From Macrostomum lignano (lineage: Eukaryota), in contig NIVC01000422.1 in the NCBI GenBank assembly GCA_002269645.1, forward strand, positions 124,001 through 188,000: a stretch of DNA of 64,000 bases, given 5' to 3'. Below the pieces are notes generated by a model, which had not been told where the DNA came from, did not search any database, and saw only the letters and a list, made by a program, of their open reading frames with translations. Both the position numbers and the translations under genes were made by a program. Position 1 is the stretch's first letter; each line of letters starts with the position of its first letter. Shown one piece after another: positions 12,001 to 24,239 of this stretch.

Positions 12001-13916
12001 CCCTCAGCTGAGGCTGCCCTGATCTCGGCTAGTAGCGCCGCCCTGCACTTGCTGTGCGCTCAGGCTGTTGAAGAGGCCTGTCAGGTACTTTCTTTGTAGC
12101 TTTCGGGTCTTTGTATCTAATCAGTGGTCTTTGTAGCTTTCGGGTCTTTGTATCTAATTAGTGGTCTTTGTAGCATTCGGGTCTTTGTATCTAATCAGTG
12201 GTCTTTGTAGCATTCGGGTTTTTGTATCTAATCAGTGGTCTTTGTAGCATTCGGGTCTTTGTATCTAATCAGTGGTCTTTGTAGCATTCGGATTTTTGTA
12301 TCTAATCAGTGGTCTTTGTAGCATTCGGGTCTTTGTATCTAATCAGTGTTCTTTGTAGCATTCGGGTCTTTGTAACATTCGGGTCTTTGTATCTAATCAG
12401 TGGTCTTTGTAGCATTCGGGTTTTTGTATCTAATCAGTGGTCTTTGTAGCATTCGGGTTTTTGATCTAATTAGTGGTCTTTGTAGTTTTCAGGTCTTTGT
12501 TTGTATCTAATTAGTGGTCTTTGTAGCTTTCAAGTCTTCGTATTGATTTAATTAGTGGTCTTTGTAGCCTCTATCTTTTTGGATTTTCCCAATTCGCAGT
12601 CTTTGTAGTATAGTTTCACTCTCTGTGTTTCTACATTTCTACATGCTCCAGTATTTGTTTCCTTCATTTGTTTTGTTTACAAATGTGACACCCTCTCCCT
12701 ACAGGGCTTCCTCATACAGGCCACTCCGGAGATGAAGCGCGCTCAGGAGCGCCTTGCCGAGCCGGGTGGCGAAGCCGAATACCTCAGCTTGGCCAGGCAA
12801 CAACCTGGCTACGCCGAGGTGGCGTTTCCGCACTGCCCCTGCGACGCTAGAAAAGAGGGCCGCGTCATTCCACGGCTGGGCTGGGCGGCTCTGCGACTGC
12901 AGGCAGCCGACGAGATTGGCGCGCCGTTGGAACAGGTGAGACTTCAGAACGGACACTTCAGCATCTCTCACTTCCGGTTTTCACTGTTAACTTCAGCGTC
13001 TCTCACTTCCGGTTTTCATTGTTTACTCCAGTATCTCATTTCCGGTTTCCACTGTTAACTTCAGCATCCCTCACTTCCGGTTTCCACTGTTAACTTCAGC
13101 ATCCCTCACTTCCGGTTTCCACTGTTAACTTCAGCATCCCTCACTTCCGGTTTCCATTGTTCAATTCAGCATCCCTCAATTCCGGTTTCCAATGTTTATT
13201 TCAGAATCTCTCATTTCCGGTTTCCATTGTTCACTTCAGCATCCATCCCTTTCGGTTTCCATTGTTTATTTCAGCATCCCTCACTTCCAGTTTCCATTGT
13301 TCACTTCAACATTTTTGACTTCCGGTTTCCATTGTTCACTTCAGCATCCCTCACTTCCGATTTCCATTTTTCCCTTCAGCATCCCTCACTTCCGGTTTTC
13401 ACTGTTAACTTCAGCATCCCTCACTTCCGGTTTCCATTAATAACTTCAGCATCCCGGGTCACTTCCGGTTTCCACTGTTAACTTCAGCATCCCGGGTCAC
13501 TTCCGGTTTTCATTGTTTATCTCAGCATTCCCCACTTCCGGTTTCCATTGTTCACTTCAGCATCTCGCTTCCGGTTTCCACTGTTTACTCCAACATTCCT
13601 CACTTTCGGTTTTAAATCTAGGCAATATTTATGGTTTATAAGCTCGATTCTTTAGTATGAACAATTGCTTCGGATTGCCCGTCTCGAATACATTGGTCCC
13701 TTCGCTGGAAAACAATCCCAGGTGATCAGATTCGATTGGTCGGACGTCCTAGCCTGGAGTTCAGACGAGGACACCGGCTGCTTCTGTCTGCAGGTTCGCC
13801 GGGCGGGCGGAAAGCCGCCCAGGCAGATCCGGCTGCACACACACCTGCACTCCGCTTTAGTCTACTGCTGCGAGCAGATCGCCAAAGAGCGCTTGGCCGA
13901 GAACGAGAGTGGTTGA
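9048..13916 (+). CDS. SNX27: Sorting nexin-27 (PDZ-PX-RA/FERM-like); exons 9048-9050, 9208-9489, 10069-10426, 11555-12084, 12705-12935, 13722-13916
   Basis: [57 protein letters not shown] matches the SNX27 signature. PX domain [25 protein letters not shown]...[30 protein letters not shown]-like tail [13 protein letters not shown]...VIRFDWSDV. All junctions are GT-AG and phase-consistent (0,0,1,0,0). The ATG-only first exon is the least certain part. Confidence 0.93.
9560..10012. repeat. 19-20-bp minisatellite (tagctggtgcccccctctg)n in SNX27 intron 2
   Basis: Tandem unit read directly. Confidence 0.9.
10700..11465. repeat. 33/37-bp minisatellite (ctagatctataaagcaacatctacaagttaagtgtct)n in SNX27 intron 3
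   Basis: Tandem unit read directly. Confidence 0.9.
12092..12570. repeat. 37-bp minisatellite (gtagcattcgggtctttgtatctaatcagtggtcttt)n in SNX27 intron 4
   Basis: Tandem unit read directly. Confidence 0.9.
12950..13612. repeat. 35-bp minisatellite (cacttccggtttccactgttaacttcagcatccct)n in SNX27 intron 5
   Basis: Tandem unit read directly. Confidence 0.9.
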
Positions 13917-14307
13917 TGTAAAACGATTGAAGAAAAACCTAGCGAAGTCAAATTGATTTACTGTGTTCTACTACTTGTAGTAATAGTAGTAGTAGCAGTT
14001 TTTTTCGCTTGGGCGCCCCAGGTATCAGTCCAGGCCGTTTTTATTGCGATACAATCAGTCTCCACTATTAATTGCGGATGGGATGGGTTTGCAAGCTAAT
14101 ATTTTGTATTATAAATAGTATTTTAATAACTCCTTTTTTATTAGAAACAGGGACTGTATGCACCCTGGTGCACTTTAAGCGACATTGTCACACAACCAGC
14201 ATTGCTGCCCATTCCGCCGACTCCCCTGAGCAGGCAACAAGCGCGCGGATACGTACGCAGTCATACGCACAGGCACACACTCACACAGGAGTGTACAGCG
14301 GCCCTAA

Positions 14308-14456
14308 CTTTATTTATCTGTAGGCATGTACACTTCACTGCGCCTTGGGAGTTGGCCTTCAAGGCCGTTAATTGCACGAGCAGAGCCAAGCCGAGATTCC
14401 AATTCAGCCCCAAATTAATGTGACTGCATTTGGAATCGAGCCTGGGCTACGGCCCC
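14308..14456 (-). mobile_element. tRNA-derived SINE family 2, internally deleted copy
   Basis: Reverse complement matches 49834-50040 (ggggccgtag..ggctcgatt..caaatgcagtcacattaattt..ggaatctcggcttggctctg..ccttgaaggccaa..A-rich tail). Confidence 0.65.
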
Positions 14457-15509
14457 GGCAATGTTCTTAATACGATACAAGGCATATGCTATACGTATAT
14501 AGAGATGCCTGATACCTGATAGGTCATAAATACGATCGAGCGAACAATAGAGATAAGATACGAGTAATCGTTGTTTTGTTAATTACTGTCGCCTGATATT
14601 GAGTAGTGAGTAATTAATAATTGCATCGGCTAATTTGATGTCTGGCACTGATAAAGAAAATGATAAAGAAGCAACATGTTGATAGGTGTGCAGTAGGTTT
14701 GATAATCGTGTAAAATTTTCCTAAACAAATTAATAAACCATTAAAATAGATAGAAAAAGTCAATCGAAAAAAATAGCACTCCTACTAATCCCATCTTTGT
14801 TTTGACAACACACCAGTGAGTCATAATTGTCATTGATTTCTTCGAATACGAGTTCTGAATCGTAAATATTAACTATTATAATAGCTACTGTTGCGCACCT
14901 TTACTGTAAGTAGCTTTTTGACTAGCAATAGTTGTGGTTATTAAAACTCGTTACCGTGTTTTGTAAACTTTTTTTAGCTAGTAAGTTTATTTTTGTTTTA
15001 TCTTGGCCCCAATCATTATCTGTGTATCTGTAAAGATTTTGCATAAGTAAGTACTCTATACATATATTAATAATCTTTCTGAAGATCACTTTTCTGCTTC
15101 TTTGCTTCTGTTATTTTTTTTCAACTCATCATTAATAACTCACTTATTTTACTTTTGATTCCCCACCTACTTAAGGTGTTGCAATTAAGAGTCGACTAAC
15201 ATTACGTTCAAGTTGTTTTTTTATAAACTTTAATTGCTTACACTAATTATTATGCGAGTATCGTACTTTATTACTTGAGTTCTTTGTAAAAATCTTTAAC
15301 TGTGACGAATTATACTTTTATATTGATATCATATATAACCAGAGATATCGTCACTTTTCCTAGAAAACTTTTACCATTGTTTTTAATTTCCAAGTAAATG
15401 TTGTACAAGATTTGATAATGGGCAAATCCTTAAAAAAACCTGTGTAAGATAATACTATTAAAGTTTGTGTCCTATTGATAGTTGTAATTTAGACTGGCTA
15501 CTCGTGGAC

Positions 15510-15838
15510 TAGACCAACCCCTCTCACCCCTAATGTTCGCACCCCTGACCAACCCCTCTCATCCCTAATGTACGCACCCTCAGACCAACACCCCTCACCC
15601 CATAATGTACGCACCCCTGACCAATCCCTCTCACCCCTAATGTTCGCACCCCTGACCAACCCCTCTCACCCCTAATGTTCGCACCCCTGACCAACCCCTC
15701 TCACCCCTAATGTTCGCACCCCTGACCAACCCCTCTCACCCCTAATGTACGTACCCCTGACTAATGTCTCTCAAACCTAATGTACGCATGCCTTTGACCA
15801 ACCCCTCATCCCATAATGTACGCACGGTCCAGACCAAA
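15510..15838. repeat. 35-bp minisatellite (gaccaacccctctcacccctaatgttcgcacccct)n
   Basis: Tandem unit read directly. Confidence 0.9.
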
Positions 15839-16731
15839 CCTAATTTTCCCCTAGTTCAGAGTGACTCCTAAAATCGAAATCATTATTGTCTAACTGCATA
15901 AACTTTTTATCTCTTATTCTATCGCCTAATTATGAATTTTCGGATGTGTCAACAAAGCAATTATGTGTTACTGAGATATAAATATAAACTTTAGTAAGTT
16001 CCAAAGAAAGAGTGGAGTTATCTCTTCTTGCTTTACTAATGACCCTTGTTATTTAACATTTTTACTGGCAATATTATTATATTATCATTTCATTATTAGA
16101 ATCAACATCAGCACAAATTTCAATAAAGTTTTGAATCCTAAATCTCACTGCAACCTGTTATTGGTTTGTATATTTGCTTTACTGTAATCTTGCTTGTTTT
16201 ATTAAGTCACCTTCATATCCGCAGACTCGGACATAATAACCTGGTCAGCTTTTCCTGATTTAACCATTTTCTGGTAATTGGCCCGTGACTTCATATTTCT
16301 AGTTGAGATTTCAGTATATTAAATTTAAGTCTATAAATGGCTTTGTCGTTTGCGTCTTGGTAGTTTATATGTATGCATACTACACTTATAAATAATGCTC
16401 TCATGCAATCGGTATTACATTGAGCAGTGCGAGATTTCTTACTCTATAAATTATATCTCACTTTGAACCCCACAGACGCTTTTCTGTTTTTTTTCGAGTT
16501 CCGTTTCTGCGAACAGAAATATTAAAAATATAAAATATGATTTCAATATCAACAATACGTCAAGTTTAATAAGCCTGCATATTGACCAATGTCCGAAATT
16601 GTGCCCTAGATTCAAACTGCTTTCTTTTAACTTTATTTCTCTCTGCAAAAGTGGTCTATTACTATGACCCTTTGAAATGATTTTTATTTTCGTTTTGATT
16701 GCTACCACCGAATTCCGAGCATCGGATGAGG

Positions 16732-17175
16732 CCAACCCTCTCACCCCTAATGTACGCACGACCCAGACCTAGCCCTCTCACCCCTAATGTACGCACGATC
16801 CAGACCTAGCCCTCTCACCCCTAATGTACGCACGACCCAGACCTAGCCCTCTCACCCCTAATGTACGCACGACCCAGACCTAGCCCTCTAACCCCTAATG
16901 TACGCAAGATCCAGACCTAGCCCTCTCACCCCCTAATGTACGCACGATCCAGACCTAGCCCTCTCACCCCTAATGTACGCACGATCCAGACCTAGCCCTC
17001 TCACCCCTAATGTACGCACGATCCAGACCTAGCCCTCTCACCCCTAATGTACGCACGATCCAGACCTAGCCCTCTCACCCCTATTGTACGCACGATCGAG
17101 ACCTAGCCCTCTCACCCCTAATGTACGCACGATCCAGACCTAGCCCTCCCACCCCCTAATGTACGCACGACCCAG
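16732..17175. repeat. 37-bp minisatellite (ccagacctagccctctcacccctaatgtacgcacgat)n, related to the 15.5-kb array
   Basis: Tandem unit read directly; shares the core ccctctcacccctaatgt.cgcac. Confidence 0.9.
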
Positions 17176-17397
17176 GCATAAATTTTTTATTTATTTTCGA
17201 GTTAAAATGGCTTCTGTAGTTCTGGTTTATTTTTGATATTTGTAATTAAAAGTCTTTAACATAGACAAAATACATGTAGTTAAAAGTTATTCGAAAATAG
17301 TCTGATTATTTTCTATAATAGTGTCTACAGAATATCGCATTTCGCTCGTATTACTCGTAGAAAGATCGGTTCTCGGGACCGTCGAAGATTGAAAGAC

Positions 17398-20300
17398 ATG
17401 CAGCAAGTCGAATTAAACTATTTCATTTGTTTATTGTGGCTACTGTTTCATTTGGTGAGTTTGCATGTAGCTACATCGATTTTTTATTTTTTCTAAGCTG
17501 AATAGACACTTTGCGTGCGACCAATTTTATTTGGGGTTCGTACACGAACAATAGGCCAGGGGAAGAACGCGCACCTAAAACAGCGATAAAAGTATAACAA
17601 CGGCTTTCCCATTGGTAATTAGAATGAGCATGAGAATAAGTATGAGTATGAGCACGAGTATGAGCAGTATGAGCATGAGTATGAGCATGAGCATGAGCGA
17701 TTTGTCTGTCGCCTTTGACTAATAAATCATGCTCCCCCCCCCTGACGGTGTCCCAGAACGTGGCCAGAGAGACAGGCAACGCGGAGCTGAGCATCAAGTT
17801 TATTCGGTACGAAAACAAAGACGCAAAGTTGGCCGATGGAGTTTTCTGCGAAACCGACTTCACCGGGATGCGGCTCGCAGACTGCGACCCCATTTTCAAG
17901 TTCGAAGTGATGCGCGAGGGAGGCAACGGGTCAGGCCCAGAGAAAATTTATTAATGAATCGTTTGTTGTCTTCAAGTATTTTTACAGTTCAGTTTCAGTG
18001 ACTCTTTGGATCTGTGGTGATGGTTGGTGAGCTGATCAAAGTTTCGCCCAGAAGCTCAAATTTCAAATGATCGATTTGTCACTCAGATGCTTAATTTGTC
18101 ACTCAGATGATCAATATGTCACTCAGATGATCAATTTGTCACTCAGATGATCAATTTGTACAGTACATCAGATGATCAATTTGTCACTCAGATGATCAAT
18201 TTGTCACTCAAATGCTCAATTTGTCACTCAGATGATCAATTTGTCACTCAGATGATCAATTTGTCACTCAGATGATCAATTTGTCACTCAGATGATCAAT
18301 TTGTCACTCAGATGATCAATTTGTCACTCAGATGCTCAATTTGTCACTCAGATGCTCAATTTGTCACTCAAGATGCTCAATTTGTCACTCAGATGCTCAA
18401 TTTGTCACTCAGATGCTCAATTTGTCACTCAGATGCTCAATTTGTCACTCAGATGATCAATGTGTCACTCAGATGCTCAATTTGTCACTCAGATGCCTAA
18501 TTTGTCACTCAGATGCTTAATTTGTCACTCAGATGCTCAATTTATCACTCAGATGATCAATGTGTCACTCAGATGCTCAATTTGTCACTCAGATGCCTAA
18601 TTTGTCACTCAGATGCTCAATTTGTCACTCAGATGCTCAATTTGTCACTCAGATGCTTAATTTGTCACTCAGATGCTCAATTTGTCACTCAGATGATCAA
18701 TTTGTCACTCAGATGATCAATTTGTCACTCAGATGATCAATTTGTCACTCAGATGATCAATTTGTCACTCAGATGATCAATTTGTCACTCAGATGATCAA
18801 TTTGTCACTCAGATGATCAATTTGTCACTCAGATGATCAATTTGTCACTCAGATGCTTAATTTGTCACTCAGATGCTTAATTTGTCACTCAGATGCTTAA
18901 TTTGTCACTCAGATGATCAATGTGTCACTCAGATGCTTAATTTGCTACTCAGATGCTTAATTTGTCACTCAGATGCTCAATTTGTCACTCAGATGCTCAA
19001 TTTGTCACTCAGAAGCTTAATTTGTCACTCAGATGATCAATTTGTCACTCAGATGCTCAATTTGTATCTCAGATGATCAATTTGTCACTCAAACCATCAC
19101 CTCGTCACTCAGATGATCAATTTGTCACTCAAACCATCACGTCGTCACTCAGATGATCAATTTGTCACTCAGATGCTCAATTTGTCACTCAGATGCTCAA
19201 TTTGTCACTCAGATGATCAATTTGTCACTCAGATGATCAATTTGTCACTAAAACCATCAACTCGTCCCTTAGATGATCAATTTGTCACTCAAACCATCAC
19301 CTCGTCACTCAGATGATCAATTTGTCACTCAAACCATCACGTCGTCACTCAGATGATCAATTTGTCACTCAGATGCTCAATTTGTCACTCAGATGCTCAA
19401 TTTGTCACTCAGATGATCAATTTGTCACTCAGATGATCAATTTGTCACTCAGATGATCAATTTGTCACTCAGATGATCAATTTGTCACTCAGATGATCAA
19501 TTTGTCACTCAGATGATCAATTTGTCACTCAGATGATCAATTTGTCACTCAGATGATCAATTTGTCACTCAGATGATCAATTTGTCACTCAGATGCTTAA
19601 TTTGTCACTCAGATGCTTAATTTGTCACTCAGATGCTTAATTTGTCACTCAGATGATCAATGTGTCACTCAGATGCTTAATTTGCTACTCAGATGCTTAA
19701 TTTGTCACTCAGATGATCAATTTGTCACTCAGATGCTCAATTTGTCACTCAGAAGCTTAATTTGTCACTCAGATGCTCAATTTGTCACTCAGATGCTCAA
19801 TTTGTATCTCAGATGATCAATTTGTCACTCAAACCATCACCTCGTCACTCAGATGATCAATTTGTCACTCAGATGCTCAATTTGTCACTCAGATGCTCAA
19901 TTTGTCACTCAGATGCTCAATTTGTCACTCAGATGCTCAATTTGTCACTCAGATGCTCAATTTGTCACTCAGATGATCAATTTGTCACTCAGATGATCAA
20001 TTTGTCACTAAAACCATCAACTCGTCCCTTAGATGATCAATTTGTCACTCAAACCATCACCTCGTCACTCAGATGATCAATTTGTCACTCAAACCATCAC
20101 GTCGTCACTCAGATGATCAATTTGTCACTCAGATGCTCAATTTGTCACTCAGATGCTCAATTTGTCACTCAGATGATCAATTTGTCACTAAAACCATCAA
20201 CTCGTCCCTTAGATGATCAATTTGTCACTCAAACCATCACCTCGTCCCTCAGATGATCAATTTGTCACTCAAACCATCACCTCGTCACTCAGGTGATAAA

Positions 20301-23084
20301 TTTGTCACTCAAACCATCAACTCGTCACTCAGATGATCAATTTGTCACTCAGCTGTCACTCCTAATGTGGTGCCCTGTATAACTATGTATTCTTGTAATC
20401 AATTTTAATTGTATTTGGAAGACTGTATATCATTAAGGGGTTGTAGCCTACTGGTTAGAGCGTCGGACTCACTACAGAAAGGTCGGGGGTTCGATTCTCG
20501 ACCCACTCGGACCAATTTGTGCTCTTGAGCATGAAGACACTTAACTCTGCATTGCTTCAGTTCACCCAGCTGTAAAATTGGTGCCAGCATTAGCTGGGGT
20601 AATTGAGGGTGCGCGTGGCGACCCCCCAGTCCTTGGACTGAACAGCCGTACGCAGCCTTCAGATGCGCCGCGCAATAGCTGCGGCTGAGCTGTCGGTTGC
20701 ACATCTGGCCATTAGGGCAGGTGTAATCAATTAAAATAATATTATAACTATTAATAGTCGTAAAAGTAAGGCACTGTACATATTTCAGAGAGGCACTGTT
20801 CAGCTACAAGCAGACTGACCACTTCAGTCGAGGCACTGTGTTCAAATTTGGAACCGTGATTGATAATATGGTCAATCCAATCAGTTTCGACGTGAAAATG
20901 GACGATCCGGTAATGCTAAAAAATGTATCACGCTGCTGTCTCACGTATCAAGTTTCATCTGATCGAATTACAACTTTTATTCTTATATCTTTTAGGCGCA
21001 TATATATCTTATAGTGACCGTTGACGACTATGACCCCAGCGGCAAGAACAAACCAATGGACATATTTGCCCATATGCTGGCTCCCAGCCAGACTGCACAA
21101 TATGCCAACTTGGTTAGTCCGAGCACCAAGCACAGGTTTGCAGCTTTTAGCTTTTTGATAATAGTTTTATAATGCATAGTCTGTTTACAATAAGGGCTTT
21201 AGCAACAGGGGCTTTAATAGCACCAGGGGCTGTAATAGCACCAGGGACGCTACCACCCGGTGCTTTAGCATCCGGGGCTTTAGCACAAGGTGCTTTAGCC
21301 TCAGAGGCTTTAGCATCAGGGGCTTTAGCACCAGGGGCTTTAGCAACAGGGGCTCTACCACCCGGTGCTTTAGCAACAGGGGCTTTAGCACCAGGGGCTC
21401 TGCCACCCGGGGCTTTAGCACCAGGGGCTTTAGCAACAGGGGCTTTAGCAACAGGGGCTTTAGCACCAGGGGCTTTAGCAACAGGGGCTTTAGCACCAGG
21501 GGCTTTAGCACCAGGGGCTTTAGCACCAGGGGCTTTAGCACCAGGGGCTTTAGCACCAGGGGCTTTAGCATCAGAGGCTTTAGCATCAGGGGCTTTAGCA
21601 CCAGGGGCTTTAGCATCAGAGGCTTTAGCATCAGAGGCTTTAGCACAAAGTGCTTTAGCATCAGAGGCTTTAGCACCAGGGGCTTCAGCAACAGGGGCTT
21701 TAGCACCAGGGGCTTTAGCACCAAGGGCGTCAGCACTAGTTGCGCCAACAATAGGGGCGCCAGCCCAACGCAGTGTTCCTGCCAGAATCCTAACGCCTAC
21801 AATTGTGCATGTATTTCTTAAATAATTCAGGTTGGCCATCAACTACCGTTTCATCTGCAAGACGAACTTCTACGGGTCGCTGTGTAACAAAAATTGCGTT
21901 GAAATGAATGACGACACCAATGGTCACTACAGTTGCTCGAAGGATGGCGAAAAAGTCTGTCTTGATGGTACGTGAGTTGCTGAAAATTTGGGCCTGTGGG
22001 TTTGCAGACTTTAAAAGCTTTCGTGTGCTTCACCTTTGCCAGCCTATTAGGATTAAAATGATGAAATCGATGATTCAGAGAAATAATTAGCCTAATTTTA
22101 CTTTTTTTAATCCTGCAATGAACTATTTTGCTACAAACAAATAGCTGAAAGAATACGTTAAACCATGTGTAACTGTATAACTAACGGTCTTTGTAGCTTT
22201 TAAATCTTTATGTTTATTACTCGTAATTAGGGGTCTTTGTAGTCTTTGTGTTCTTTGACTAGCGGTCTTTGTAGCTTTCAAGTATTTGTGTTTATTACTC
22301 GTAATTAGGGTCTTTGTAGTCTTTGTGTTCTCTGACTGGTGGTCTTGGTAGCTTTTAAATCTTTATGTTTATTACTCGTAATTAGGGGTCTTTGTAGTCT
22401 TTGTGTTCTTTGACTAGCGGTCTTTGTAGCTTTCAAGTATTTGTGTTTATTACTCGTAATTAGGGGTCTTTGTAGTCTTTGTGTTCTCTGACTGGTGGTC
22501 TTTGTAGCTTTTAAATCTTTATGTTTATTGCTCGTAATTAGGGGTCTTTGTAGTCTTTGTGTTCTTTGACTAGTGGTCTTTGTAGCTTTCAAGTATTTGT
22601 GTTTATCTTGTAGTAATAGATAGCAGGTGGTGCAATTATTGTTTAGTCCCAAGCTTTTAGTACGGCTTCCCGAGGTACAATTTACTCTCGCTTTAGTTGA
22701 CATCCCTTACTTATAATATACGAAGTTGCATAATATTAACTCTTTCGGTTCACTTAATCAAGTTGATTAGTTTACTGTCGTCACTTTTATATCATTTAAC
22801 TTTTTCGAATAGATCCTGTTTCAATATTTCGTAAGTAATATTTTATTCGCTGTATCTATCATATTTAAATTTAAATTTAATTTGTTTTTCTAAAATTCTG
22901 AATTCTGAACGCCCCAAAAGTTTCACGTAACGTTCATGTTTATTTTGTACCATCAATTTTCCATTTATCTAACCACTAAATCATCAGAAGGCGTGTAAGC
23001 AAATTTTGTCCAAAACCACAATTTACAGGTTGGACCAATGTCGAAAGCGACTGTAAAGTCCCGTCGTGGTGCGTTTGGTGCTGA
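17398..23084 (+). CDS. Secreted Delta/Serrate-like protein, 227 aa: signal peptide + C2 (MNNL) + DSL, no EGF repeats or TM; exons 17398-17454, 17757-17929, 20789-20909, 20996-21135, 21831-21967, 23029-23084
   Basis: MQQVELNYFICLLWLLFHL signal peptide with a gtgagt donor. C2-type segments GNAELSIKFIRYENKDAKLADGVFCE...DCDPIFKF and LIVTVDDYDPSGKNKPMDIF. DSL domain YRFICKTNFYGSLCNKNCVEMNDDTNGHYSCSKDGEKVCLDGWTNVESDC. Six GT-AG exons total 684 nt with consistent phases (0,2,0,2,1). Confidence 0.82.
17620..17698. repeat. (atgagc/atgagt)n hexamer repeat in DSL intron 1
   Basis: Read directly. Confidence 0.85.
18062..20352. repeat. 20-bp minisatellite (tcaatttgtcactcagatga)n with a 740-bp higher-order duplication, DSL intron 2
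   Basis: Tandem unit read directly; the variant block at ~18850-19400 recurs 740 bp later (identical ORF patterns at 18873 and 19613). Confidence 0.95.
20437..20757 (+). mobile_element. tRNA-derived CORE-type SINE
   Basis: A box tagcctactggttagagc, B box ggttcgattc, then a CORE-like segment tgtgctcttgagc..gacacttaactc..ttcagttcacccagctgtaaaattgg and an AT-rich tail; second copy at 24240-24572 (-). Confidence 0.75.
21190..21725. repeat. 15-bp minisatellite (caggggctttagcac)n in DSL intron 4
   Basis: Tandem unit read directly; lies between donor 21136 and acceptor 21830. Confidence 0.92.
22185..22605. repeat. ~78-bp tandem repeat built on gtctttgtag in DSL intron 5
   Basis: About 5 units; the 26-aa periodicity of ORF 22305-22703 gives the 78-bp period. 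Confidence 0.85.
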
Positions 23085-23679
23085 TGCTGACCGATAGCAC
23101 ATGTACATTTTGCTACGCGTGTTCGCCTTCGGTTGGGTGTTGGCCAAAAGCTAACAGCTTTTATCTAATAATCACCATCTGGCACACTTGTAGACCATCT
23201 ATGTTCATCACTGCGCACTGTACTACGAGCGTATTATATCTATGAGGTATTTCTGGAATCATCCGTGTATTTCGTAATACACTGCTGAACTTCCACTGGG
23301 TTAATTAAACCAATGATGTCAGTACCAACTTACCAAGACAAGAAAGTTTATCTCTATAAAGTTCGCTTAGACATTGAATCGAATTGTCTAAACTTGTATG
23401 TACGTCTAGTATATATTCGCTTCAAAAATGGCATTTTAATTGTTTTGAAATTTTGTTTACTCGTGTTTGATCGACTTTTATGACTTAATGATTTTTAGTA
23501 GCTGCATGGAACAGTACATCTTAGCCGCCTTTGGGGTCCGGTCGAAACACACGTATAGAAAAACTGGAAGAATGATCCTCAACTAAACAGTCGCACAGAG
23601 ACAGACGGACACTTACAAGACTCACTAAGACCTTGGCACCTCAAAAGACCTGCTTTGAGAACTTGAAGAAAGGATTCTG

Positions 23680-24204
23680 GGGGGTGTTTCTCGACACTCA
23701 CGTAAGTTCAATGGTAAGTTAGATCGTAAGAAAGAAATTTACGTGTAGCGTAAGTTACTCGTAAGACGCTTTCTCAAAACTCACTTAGACTTTGCGTGGC
23801 TTACGCTGTTCGTAAGTCGTATCTGAAACGAAAAGTTGCATGTCTATGGTCATAAATCTGTAAATATCTTTACTTAGTGTATCGTAAGTTGCTTTCGAGA
23901 AAGACCCACCTTCGATAAAGTTTAACTTGACTTGGCTTGACTAAAGCTTCACGTACTATGCGATTAGTGCTTAAGTGCGTCTTACGACTGATACCGAACA
24001 GTCGTAGGGTTAAGATCAACCTTACGAAAGACCATAGACATACGAACGTTTCGAGAAACACTCTTTTGCGCAAAGTTACGAACTCGTAAAGTTGCGATCA
24101 ATCTTACGCATAGCTAACTTGCGAGCCCTTCGAGCAACCCGTAAGAGTAGCTTACCCAACTTATGTCTATGGTCGATCGTAAGTTACTTTCGAGAAAGAC
24201 CCCC
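23680..24204. mobile_element. MITE, PIF/Harbinger-like
   Basis: TIRs gggggtgtttctcga...tcgagaaagaccccc flanked by a 3-bp ctg TSD (23677-79 and 24205-07). An extra internal TIR-like end (tcgagaaagacccacc) at ~23896-23911 suggests a composite element. Confidence 0.7.
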
Positions 24205-24239
24205 CTGGGCCGCATATAAACCCTTCTCTAGCTTAAGGA

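Noticed and set aside
17471-17926. 151-aa minus-strand ORF with an (HA/HT)n tract
   Set aside because: Antisense to DSL exon 2 plus the atgagc hexamer repeat.
18312-20076. Multiple MLNLSLRCSICHSD ORFs that look like Cys/His zinc-binding repeats
   Set aside because: Artefacts of the 20-bp satellite.
20437-20510. tRNA gene candidates here, at 24500-24572 and at 49834-49895
   Set aside because: A and B boxes are present but there is no intact cloverleaf, and each continues into a SINE body found in more than one copy.
21147-21842. Elastin/antifreeze-like (APGAK)n, (GALAP)n and (LKPLV)n ORFs
   Set aside because: A 15-bp array inside a phase-consistent intron of the DSL gene; it is open in several frames on both strands simply because the unit length is a multiple of 3.
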